52,954 nucleotides of DNA. Origin: Paraglomus brasilianum. Its lineage: Eukaryota. Shown piece after piece: positions 12,553-23,012 of this stretch. How positions within the stretch are numbered: the stretch's first letter is position 1; every line of letters begins with the position of its first letter. The translations under genes and the position numbers were made by a program. The stretch is taken from the NCBI GenBank assembly GCA_910592345.1, contig CAJVPI010000112.1:1-52954 (forward strand), read 5' to 3'. The notes under the pieces are model-generated. The model was not told the origin of the DNA, did not search any database, and worked only from the letters and a program-made list of their open reading frames with translations.

Positions 12553-12991
12553 TTAAACGGCATTACTTCCCAGGCATTGTGAAAAATCTAGTTCGAATAC
12601 ACAACACAACTCAATATCCGATATTTTTTTGGAATGCATAATTTAAATTTAGCTTATCACTATTATCATTGTCTTTGTTCTTCACATACTGGTACGTAGG
12701 AAGGGCAATGCAACCCAGAGGGTGAAAGCACATCCCGCAAACAGAATGGTGACAGCAACTCTTTCTGCCTTCCTGCAAAGAAAAAACGGTACCATTCACG
12801 AAGAAAGGATCATCAAATCCTGGGAGGAGAGGTGGGCAACCATCCCAAAAGGGGGAGGGAGTATCATCGCATAGAAAAGGTATCTCCTACCAAAACACTC
12901 TGAGATACCTTCCGGGTACATACTTTATTGTAGTCGCGCTTCTGTGAGGAAGAAAGTGATGAAAAATTTTGTTTGCGTCAATTTTGTTCAT
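12553..12991 (-). CDS. Candidate 3-exon, 61-aa single-TM microprotein (alternatively a structured ncRNA locus)
   Basis: Exons 12991-12924, 12772-12690 and 12587-12553. Both donors are GTATGT; acceptors are ttttttctttgCAG and cTAG. Product MNKIDANKIFHHFLPHRSATTIKKAERVAVTILFAGCAFTLWVALPFLRTNFSQCLGSNAV*, with AATAAA just after the stop. No recognisable homolog. Confidence 0.3.
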
Positions 12992-13391
12992 GTCGTATTA
13001 GTACATTTTTCGTTAGTTTGAAAATTCAAAAGCTATGATTGGCCAGATAAATATAAAGCTTCTGACCCAGAATTATTAAATCATCCTTACAAGCTTGACC
13101 TGACTTTAAGTAAGTATTTCAGGACCGGGAAGGAGCACGAAGAAGCGTAGAAGATATTATCGAGAAGGTAGTGAGGCTGATGCAGAAAAATATTCAGTGA
13201 AACTTATTGGAGAACGGTCTAAAACAACTGTCGGACGAACGTTAGGAAAGCCATGGTTTTTGGCAGTCTTAATAATAATAGTTCACTCAAACAATATCAT
13301 TAAATTCTTTGGCCTATTATCCCTTCATTTCTTTCTCTCAGCACTCTCGTTATACCCCTCTACTATAGCTTGCTACTATCTCCCTCGGAAG

Positions 13392-14178
13392 ATGTCTCGT
13401 TACAATAACTACAGTAATACCAAGGAAGATCCAATCACTCTACATTCATCTCGACTGGTTTCTTATATGAATGGCCATCCGCAAACTCTCTTAGGTTATG
13501 CTAAGTATTATGGCGACTCTCGAACTGCGATGCATGCGAAAATGATTGATATCGATTCATCCGGGATCGTTTTAGACGTGACAATGGAAGATGGGCAACA
13601 GGAGGAAATACACGTGAAGTTTAAAACACCATTGCGAGGATATGAGGAAGTGCGTCCAGTTTTGGAGGAGATGGCGAAAGAGGCGGAAACCGCTTTGGGT
13701 CTGGTAAGCGTCTGATTTGTGGTGAGATGATTATATATATTATAACTTTACTGACTAATTGACCCCATCACTGCTTATAACTGTTAAACATCAGCCAAGC
13801 ACGCGACCTCCATCAACAACAGCACCTTCTGATCCATCTAAACACACGCCATATGTTCTTCCAAGTCTCATACCATTACTAGTCGGTTTATCTCTCATAC
13901 TGTTCGTATTGTGTCTCGATCTCTTCCCCGAATACCTTCCTTCATTTATCGCTCCTTTGCGGGAAGCTCTTGGCCCGGACTTGTGCCGTGCAATAACATA
14001 TTTCACGTTTACTGTACGTTCAGTAGAAACGATATTTATAACAAATGTTTTAAGAGAACGGGGAGAGCCAGATCCGGTGACCTTTGCCATGTGGATAGTG
14101 AGTTCTTTGCTGTTTGGCTATTTTGGCAGCTACAGGTTGTTCGAGGAAGGAAAGGATAAGGCGAACAAAGCGGAATAA
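13392..14178 (+). CDS. DUF2470 domain protein with C-terminal membrane domain (TMEM254/DUF4499-like), 2 exons
   Basis: Exon 13392-13703 (RLVSYMNGH..LLGYAKYYG..AKMIDIDSSGI..VKFKTPL..YEEVRPVLEEMAKEA, DUF2470 pattern). GTAAGC...CAG intron 13704-13794. Exon 13795-14178 carries about three hydrophobic helices. Confidence 0.85.
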
Positions 14179-15334
14179 GTAGAGAGGAGAATTAACAACA
14201 AGTCACATGCAATTTTATTAAGAGAAGAGTAGTGATGTGGGAATCGTGGCATAATCTTGTGTTTTGTGAATGTGTGAGTGAATCTGAATAAGGCGGGGCG
14301 GAGAATTTGTACAATAGCGTTTTGTTTTTTGTTTTATTTTATTGAAAGTGAACAATATAAAAAATTTCGTGTTAATGTTAAGAGAGCTTGGGATTGCTCA
14401 TTTCATATATTGTTGACTGCTATCCGATACTATCAATCCATTTCGGATGTCACTCTCACAGCATACTGATACAAGGTCTTTCCAAGCAATTTATTGGTAA
14501 TAACTATCGGAAAAGAGTGGGTTATGCTGTTCCCATCTAGTTATTGTGCAGGACATGGAAAACATTGGATAGAATATAAGCATTGATTATATCCCAAATT
14601 TGTTCAGCAAAGAGAAATTTAAGTGAAGATGATAGAATATGTCGAAAGCTAGCGATTATGAATATCTGCCATTAGAGAAGACATGGGAAACCATAGCGAA
14701 ACACCAACTGAAGTAATTTCTATTCGCTTGTGTTCCATTGGACTCTCACCATGTAGCAGTTTTAGGTCCCCCATAGTCACAATGTACTGAATGTGAGGTA
14801 GTCTATAAATAAAAATCGTTAAGTAAAGAACTTCTGTATTACCCTTTGGCTGTCATTTGTTCGATCCAGAGGCTCATTGCTTCCTCTAACAAAAAAATTT
14901 TGACTTTACGATGTTTAAAACCTCGTTAGACGCCTCAATAGAAAGCCACTTACTGTATTTATTATTTCACTGATAGTCTCAAAACAACCTTTTTCAGTGA
15001 TGTGACTAAAAAGGAGAAAATTACATATACGTGACCGGCCAATATAGGTAAATAAAAGTGATATTAGCATTAAGTAATATGATATTATTCAGGCAATCAA
15101 TAATAACCAGAATTACTACCGTCTTTACATTTTATTCATAATAAAAACCTTTTGCCAAGATAGACTATCATAAACTAAACCATTTGTTCACTATTAAAAT
15201 TTTTTTGCCTCATTTCGTGATTGAATACATCGCAACGAGACTTTGCGATATTATAAATATCAGACGTTTAAATTTAAAATACTAATTTATATTGATCTTG
15301 ATATCAGCGAGGTACATGTAATTAGGAATAAAAT

Positions 15335-16219
15335 CTGGATATACAAAAAAACCCAGAATTTTTACTGTAACATTCAATCGTGCATATTAATCTCCACCAA
15401 TTTTAGGTCGATTTAAACAATGTAAATTGTAAAATAATTGTCAGATAAAGAACCGCTAATTTATAGGTATTCTGCACTAATCCTATTTCTTAAATTCTTT
15501 CGACATTCCTAAAACTGATGACTTCCAGACAAGAGAGAAATCGCTGAGCTATACAACGATTGTGGGATCAAGGCATTTGGAATGCTGCAGAGATTCATAA
15601 ACGCAAGGTTATCTCACAGTATGATTTATGAAAACATTAAAAAAACTCGAACCGTTAACCCTAACCCTAAAGGTCTTTGCTTCTGCATAAGAGATAAGAT
15701 GATTTTATACTGTTTTTCCCAAAATAATGGTCAATAATTTTATGTATACATACTCCGAAGACATCTTCCAGATATTGAAGACACGAATGGCGGTTTCAAC
15801 AAGACAACAACGCAAAACATACTAGCTGCCTTGCAAAAAACTTTCTTCGGGATAACATGCTTGAAGTAATGGACTGGCCTTCTAACAGTCCTGACCTAAA
15901 TCCAATCGAAAATCTCTGGAGCATTGTTAAAAGAAATGTAGAAAAGAAAATATTAGCAATTTGCGGTGTTTTATGATTGGAGTGGGTTGATATTCCGCAA
16001 TCAACCCTAATTGGGTTAGTACAATCAATGAAACGCCATATTAAATTTTTTGCTAGTTTTCAGCAGTTGGGTAACCGGCGTGTCCTCGATTCGCGCCTTT
16101 TTTACATTTGATCACTTACCGTATTGCTTTCAAATGGTATAAAATTCATCTTATTTGCACCATTGGTTCTTGCGTAATGCATAATTTTGTAATTCTGGTT
16201 TTTTTTGTCCCACACTGTA
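15335..16219 (+). mobile_element. Degenerate Tc1 (DD34E) DNA transposon
   Basis: 15785-15975 encodes WRFQQDNNAKHTS...MDWPSNSPDLNPIENLW, with exactly 34 residues between D and E. Right terminus aattctggttttttttgtcccacactg+TA (to 16219) is mirrored by acaaaaaaacccagaatt at ~15344-15361. Confidence 0.85.
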
Positions 16220-16289
16220 AGTTTATAAGATAGGAATATTGGGGTATAATATCAAAATTCATATCTGCTGGGTAAATTTGTATATGGGG

Positions 16290-16469
16290 AAGTAACCACT
16301 GTTGCTAATAGGGAGAGGTTAATTTTAACGGATGGATATTAGAGAGGGTTCACTGTATCTGTTCTTATAGTCAAGTGTGTCCAAATTTGTTATAAAATCG
16401 GTTGGTCCCAATAAAAGCGTAACTACATGAGGGTTGTAACAGGAGGTGCTTGTAAAGGGGGCGACTGTA
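16290..16469. mobile_element. Two orphan pogo/Tigger-like TIR ends
   Basis: ...tattagagagggttcactgTA (ends 16357) and ...cttgtaaagggggcgactgTA (ends 16469). Their reverse complements begin TA-CAGT..(A)CCC/CCTC..T, as in pogo-family termini. Confidence 0.5.
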
Positions 16470-19128
16470 TTCCGTTGGTGTCTTTGACCAAATCCTATAC
16501 AGTGTAGAATGATCGGTCGTTTATACCTCTATATACGCGGGATAAATTTCGCGTAGCTTGCCAAATTTAACAGATGTTGCGTCGACAAAAAATTCATTAT
16601 AAATATCAACTCGTAGCACATATTTTGTCTTGAATTGTTTTATTATTAAAATTCTTCATAAATCACTGTTAAAATGCCTTTAAAAAAACAAAAAACCTCA
16701 TCTCGAAATCATCTTACATTTGTGGAAGCAAGTGGCCGCCCTAAAAAGATTCCCGGGAATACATCTGTCCTATAGAACCATTTAAAAGCATCTGGGTAGC
16801 TTGGGTTATAAAATAATGTGTCATTAGCTACTTCTATGCCGACCGAGGCACAAAAGAAAAACAGGTAGAATGGGCCGGGCCTATGCTCATATTGGAATAC
16901 AACCTCTTTTTTTTTTTTTTTTATGTATCGAGTTTGAAAATAATCAATCCTCCATAAATGCACACCCTCCATATCTGTATTGTACGGTTTTTCCATTTCC
17001 CACCATATGTTATCCCACCCTCTCTGCAGGAGCAACAGCATAAATAACTAGGAGTGTATGCCTGAAATAAACTCAATTTCTATCAGGCCAGGTGAATTGT
17101 GAATCTTTGGCTTAATTTCAGTAACAGACGGATAAAGAATTTCTTTATCATTGTGAAAGCAAAAGTCATCTTTGTCCATTGTTAATAATAGACACTAGTC
17201 GTGCGTGTTTTATAAACAGTCGAGGTGGCGAACTACACATTCTAGCCATAGCATGGGTTGATCTTGAAGCCCACGGTGTGGCTTGGTAAGCATGTCGTAC
17301 ATAAACCTTCGTCTCCTTTCTCAGCCGCGTGAAAGATAACATGCTGACGTACCGGTGCTTCTTTTCCGCGCTTTTGTTTCCAATCTTGTATCGTCTATCG
17401 AGGCAGTTTACGCCAACGTTGAAGGTCTAGGCGTCTCATGACAGCGCTTCTTCCAACCACAATGAAAGATCGCTAAAACTAAAATAAAAAATGTTATAAA
17501 GGAGAAAAAATATATAAGTTGGGCAGTAAATTCTGACCCTCATTATCTCGCAAAAACACTCGACGCGGCCAGCGCATCCAAATATTGCTTCCACGAAGAA
17601 GCGAGTAACAAGTGCCAAGTTATTCCAGCCCTATTCAACCGTATTACTACAGCAGAAGTTGGAAGAGTCGGAACGTTTGGTATAATGTTGTTTGGCATCA
17701 TATTGCAAAGTGTGAAGAAGCATGTTTAAGTATGAGTAATTACGTGAGACAATACACATCAATAAGCAACGTAATATGATTCCTGTTTAATACAAGCTTG
17801 TTTTGAGCTTGCTTGAAACTACAGATTATTTCTCGAAGCCCAATGACGTATTGCTTTTATATTATACAGCATTTGCGCCCAACCAGGAGACATCGTAATA
17901 GTGTGTGCATTAAATATTCTTTATGATACGGGGAATAATTCATTTTTCGAGTAATTTTTTAATAGTTAAGTTCAGTAAGACGGATTAGTGTATTCCTGCT
18001 ATACGGATGTATTTTATCCTTTTAACCAAATTTTCTATTTATATTTGGGTCTAGGATGTTTCCGGTCAAGAATTAACGAGTAGACGTATTAAAATGTCAT
18101 TGTGTTTTAAATATAAACAACATTATTCTACTCGTTAAAGGCATACGAACTAACCAATCATAGTGAAAATACTACACGTCACGGCAGATCCTTGTCCACG
18201 TGGATATTCTAAACTAATATCATACCACGTTGAGCAAGATTTATAATATACTTTAGAATGAGCAGCTTGTTTGGAAGACGTTTCATATGATGGAAGTATT
18301 CTTGCTGTATTATGGAAGTGATTTATTGGCATGCTTGCTGTATTATGTATATATGTATGTATGTATACATATCGCGCACACAGCAGTATTGTTAAGACAA
18401 TATCTTCAAGCCAAATTAGCCTATAATAATAATAGATCGTTGCTCGGTAGCCAAGCGTGTCTATTACTATGTTTAACTGCATATGAATAGAGCGAGAGTA
18501 ATTCTACCAATTCAACAATGTTTCACCCGTAAACACCTGTGTGTTACTGACGCTCAGACATTTTACGGTTAGACGTTCAAGTATTTGCCACCCAAACCTG
18601 CGCTCGTATGACGTGCCAACATAGATTATCTTTTAACCGTTACCTTATATGTACTAATGCTAATGCCGAACACTTTCTAATAAAGGCGCCACAATGCAGA
18701 TCCTACCCTAAATCTTCTGGATATTCGAATAAACGATTAGCACAAGATAACACTGTTTTCAGGAGGCGATAAACAGTTGCGCAGTCCGCAAATGGCTCGA
18801 CTCGATGGAAGGGTTTAAAATTAAATAGCTTTGCTTTCCAGCCAAACTATTTCAGCAGTGTTTATAAAATATCAGCCTTTGTGGAGGAAAAAAAAATAAC
18901 GAAAGATTGCATGAACAAGGACTGTCGTTGACACCCACGACGCATAAGTGGCTGGCTACAATGACTTAGTTGTTGTACAAGAAGCGCCTCTCGTTCCCAC
19001 GATGAGATTGCGATTGATAATCATCTTGAGAATTTCTGTTATAGAGGCAAAGTTCGATGTGACTCTGTAAAACTTAATCACTTTGAGCATAGCCGATCGA
19101 GTGTTTCTTCTATTTGGCATAAACATAA

Positions 19129-20550
19129 ATGGCTCAAGCTACATCAAGTACAAGCGAAACCATCGTCGGATCTACCACCACAATTGGTAACCATTAAATG
19201 TCATTTCACTAACATGCGTCGCGTTATTGACTCAAGCCCTTGATCATATCTAGTGGAAACCACAGTTGAGGTGAGGTCGGTCGCTCCAGGCAAGACAAAG
19301 CGCCAAATAGATAACCTATACCCACCGAAATCTCATGCCTTGCAAATCAGCAAATATGGAGATACCTCTGTTTTCCAATGGGCTGAAGTGAGCACTGTAC
19401 AGATACAGTCCCCCTACGATGTTATCATAAAAGTATCTGCTGCAGGTGTGAACCCTTTCGATTACAAGTTCAGAAAGGGGAATTATGCAGTCTTCGGCAA
19501 AGTCAGATTTCCGTTAGTGTTGGGATTGGAATTTTCGGTATGTACTATGATGGTATTTTACAAGTTTTAAGAATTGTTTATTAACGCCGAAAATTGCTGC
19601 TAGGGTATAGTTGTCGCTAAAGGCGAAAAAGTAAATAAAGTTCATCTGTTGGATAAAATCTGGGGTACCATCCGGGGTGGTTGTTATTCCGAGTAAGTAG
19701 TATAGTCGTGTCAGAGAAGTCGGTCAAAATTTACATATCATAATAATAGAATACTGTCGGACAGATTCATCCGAGTGAATACGGCTACAGAATATGGTGT
19801 TGCCTTGAAGCCGACATCAATTTCGCACATAGAGGCTGCAGGAGCTCCAATTGGTGCTCTATCAGCTTACGGTGCTTTAGTTACCCTCGGTGAACTTCCA
19901 GTTGGTGATAAGGCAGAAGCCGGGAAACATAAAGTCTTGATCATTGGAGCTTCCGGAGGTATTTACATGTCAGCATTTTATTTGCTAACTAATTATGGCT
20001 ACCTGAGTTTAACTGGGCCCTTCGCAAACATAAAGGCGTTGGAACCTTCGCTGTGCAAATTGCCAAGGTGCTGTGTAAAGCAAAAGTTACCGCTATTTGT
20101 TCCGGGGCAAACGCAGAGCTTGTACGCGGACTCGGTGCCGACAAAGTAGTCGATTATACGATACAAGATTTCACTGCAGATGATAATGACTATGATGTCG
20201 TTGTCGACTGCGTAGGCCATCAAAACGACTTTTATCACAAAACCATTCCATTATTGAAAAAGAAAGGTACATTCGTTTCGGTTGCATATGATAACGACGA
20301 CGATAAGGTCAGTTTAGGCGATCTAACTAAGATGGGCTTCCAGTATGTGGGACGAAAGTTCTTTGGTGCAAGAAAGTATAGAGCTCTTTATGGAGTAAAC
20401 CGTAAAGACTTCAGCAAACTCGTTCCATACTTTGAGAGGCACGAGATTAAGACTGTGGTCGCCGAGAAATTTCCCTTACGGGAAGCTGCTAAAGCTCATG
20501 AAAAGATTGAAACTCATCGCACTGCTGGAAAGATAATCTTAACAACTTGA
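19129..20550 (+). CDS. MDR-superfamily NADPH:quinone oxidoreductase (RTN4IP1/zeta-crystallin-like), 5 exons
   Basis: Exons 19129-19186, 19254-19537, 19604-19692, 19765-19958 and 20036-20550. Motifs AAGVNPFDYK, PLVLGLEFSG, IIGASGGVG (Rossmann), LGADKVVDY, YDVVVDCVG, AKAHE..RTAGKIIL. Confidence 0.93.
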
Positions 20551-20605
20551 TATGTATTAGTATTGTATTGGATAATTTATTACTCTAAATAAAACATACT
20601 TTAAA

Positions 20606-20615
20606 ATCACGTGAT
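20606..20615. promoter_or_regulatory. Palindromic E-box ATCACGTGAT upstream of the snoRNA
   Basis: Perfect 10-bp palindrome with a CACGTG core ~65 nt upstream of the predicted snoRNA 5' end, followed by an A-tract (20661-20671). Confidence 0.35.
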
Positions 20616-20680
20616 ACAACAGAGATCATTCCCATTTCCGTAAATGAATAAATTCAAAGTAAAAAAAAAAACAGAATCTC

Positions 20681-20836
20681 AATGAATTCCTTCCCAATTC
20701 AAAAAGGTTATGATGAAGGACTTCTTTTGAAGTGTTCCTTGGGTAGAAATGCCCGAGGGAAGTATATGTGAACGTGTGTTCGGTCTTTCGAACCTTGTTA
20801 CAATGTTAAAGAGAGCACAAACAATATTCTGAACCG
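20681..20836 (+). ncRNA. snR45: Box C/D snoRNA of the U13 (SNORD13)/snR45 family, guide for 18S helix-45 cytidine acetylation
   Basis: C box ATGATGA 20710-20716 and D box CTGA 20829-20832, closed by GGT/ACC. Guide GAACCTTGTTAC (20790-20801) is antisense to 18S GTAACAAGGTTT and sits in a loop closed by TGTGTTC/GAGCACA and TCTTT/AAAGA. The 5' extension AATGAatTCCTTCCcaaTTCA is antisense to 18S TGAA..GGAAGGATCATT. An 11-bp GAAA-tetraloop hairpin with G-U pairs lies at 20735-20760. Confidence 0.85.
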
Positions 20837-21330
20837 AAAGATTTTGTTTTGGGAAGGTGGTCTTGACGTCGATATTAATCAGCTGCTATGGCAAACAGTA
20901 TCTTTCAATGAAATGTCTAGTCGCTGCGTGTTGCAAGTGTTGAGAGGTCTTGCTCTTTTGTCATATTTATTCGCAATAAATATGCCCCTTGTAGTTCATG
21001 TCAAAATTATTACATTATATTTGCTCATGAGATTTACGTTTTGTCTTTATTGATGTTTCATAGCGAAGCGAAGTGTATGGTAACATACTCGGTTTCTCTT
21101 ATCCTTATCTCCTAAGGTTTGCATCTTATTTAGTCAACCTATTAACGTCCCTATGTCAGTAAAATGGGAAATTAATATGTCAGCTTCTTTTTACTAATGT
21201 GGGGGAATATTCAGTCGTATAATTATTTCTTCGACAACAAACATAAACTATACTCCTGAAGCCTAAAAAAAGAAATATTGATTTAGTCGAACAACTTCCC
21301 ATTTGCTCACTAGACCTGCATAATTAATCT

Positions 21331-23012
21331 TTATGTAAACGTCGACTGGGCGAGCCTTGTCTCGGAGAATTCCCATAGTGCTCGTAAAAGATCTTCGTCC
21401 ATAGTTTTAAGATCGAAATGAAACTCCCCTTTGTTGAGGACAGTGCATTAATAAACTCGGGAATGTCTAGCAGCATACAGACATAAACCCAAAGTACGAC
21501 CTACCCTCAATTCGGTCATTTATATACATATGATCTGTTCTATGCTTATTAATTATATCGATGAGGTCATGAATGTCATCTCCTTGCAACGCATATAAAT
21601 TGTCGGCTAGACGCTGGAGTGTCACCTGTATGATATAGTGTACGAGTCCAGCATTTGTTAGTAAAACTTCTATTCACATCGAGATAAACAAATTAGATCT
21701 GGCATGCATTCAGGAAATCTCATCAATCATACTCTGTTCTCGTACGATGTTACCGATTGAGCAGATTCCGGAGAAGATTTTGGGGGTGTAGGAGAAGGAT
21801 TTGGGGATTCGGATTTCATAGACTTGGACGTTGTGGACTTGGATGTCGATTTAGAAGGAATCAATTTGGTAGATACTTTAGGTGACGCAGATTTCGAAGA
21901 CACTTGCTTCGCTGGTGATGTTTTCACGGGCGATAATTTGTGTGGAGATCCAAAAGTTGGTGTAGGCGGTGCTTCCATTTTCGTCTGTTTTGTCGTAACT
22001 GTTTCTGTTTTCGACGGTCTCGTCGACGTTGTTTCTACCTTTTGCTTTTTCGCTAACGTAACGGTACTTGAAGAGTTGGCTCTTTTGGGCGGTCTACCCG
22101 GTTTCGACTTAGCTATCTCCGTTGAGCCAGGTGGCAACAACCTCCGAAATGTGGGTTTTGGATCAGTAAAAATCTATGATAGCATATATATATATATATA
22201 TTAATATATTTTCAACTAGTTTCAAAACAACAGAATCGGACTCACCAGAGTATGCAAAACTTCGTAGTGCGGTTTACTGAAGTTAAGGTCATGCTCAAGC
22301 TCATGTGGAGGAATAGACTTGTCAACAAAGTAAAGAATTACTTTCATGTCGAATTCACCCCATCCCTTCTCTGCAAGTGTAAATGGTGGCTTCCGTACAA
22401 CTATGGAAGGATACAAGATTAGAAGCAAATTAACTTTATTTGTCTACCATTCTGTATGATAACTCTCACATCGACACGAGAACAACTGACAACAGTGCAA
22501 GCATGAGTAGCTACTATAAGAGAGTAATTTAAGAATTTGTTTCCCTTACTGTCATTTGATTGTAAGGCTTAGGAAATAATAAGCGTATTTTGTCTTATCC
22601 GACTTGATTGTAGAAAATGATAATTACTCGTTAATACAAGCTCACTATAGCTCACCTCTCTTCCAGTCACCAAAAGTTGGGTGAAGGTGATATTCTACTT
22701 GATCAACATAGCTCAAATCACGGTCTACTCCCGTGTCGTCCACTGCATATAAGGCCACAGCCCACCGTCTTCTTGGTAGTCCCTCAACTGGTTTTAGATC
22801 TTTGGCTATCTCCTACATGTTGAGAATGCGAATAAAACAGTTGATAGCTATTTCTCAGAATTTCATTCTATAGAATTATGATTCCCTCACCTGGTCAGTG
22901 ACTAATTTTATTTTAGTTTCCACAGTCGTCTATAAGAACATAATGAAGGTAAGTATAAAGCAGTTGAGCGTACGAAAAGTTACTATTGAGCATAGCAAAC
23001 CTTCGCAGACAT
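21331..23012 (-). CDS. TAF14: YEATS + ET domain protein (Taf14/Tfg3/Sas5-like), 7 exons
   Basis: Exons: MSAK (23012-23001); TTVETKIKLVTDQ; ...VDQVEYHLHPTF; ..PPFTLAEKGWGEFDM (YEATS); an S/T/K/P-rich linker; LQRLADNLYALQGDDIHDLIDII; GEFHFDLKTMDEDLLRALWEF (ET domain). Stop TAA at 21333-21331. Confidence 0.92.

Noticed and set aside
12663..12962. Telomerase RNA, RNase P/MRP, SRP RNA, U3 or TPP riboswitch as the identity of the structured locus
   Set aside because: No CUAACCC template, P4 consensus, SRP helix-8 motif, terminal D box or complete TPP core on either strand.
16709..17180. 110-aa minus-strand ORF
   Set aside because: Runs through a homopolymer and has no recognisable domain; most likely a decayed repeat.
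22407..22414. GTATCCTT (U12-type donor consensus) on the minus strand
   Set aside because: Lies 6 nt before the acceptor of an ordinary GT-AG intron, and using it does not fit the TAF14 frame.
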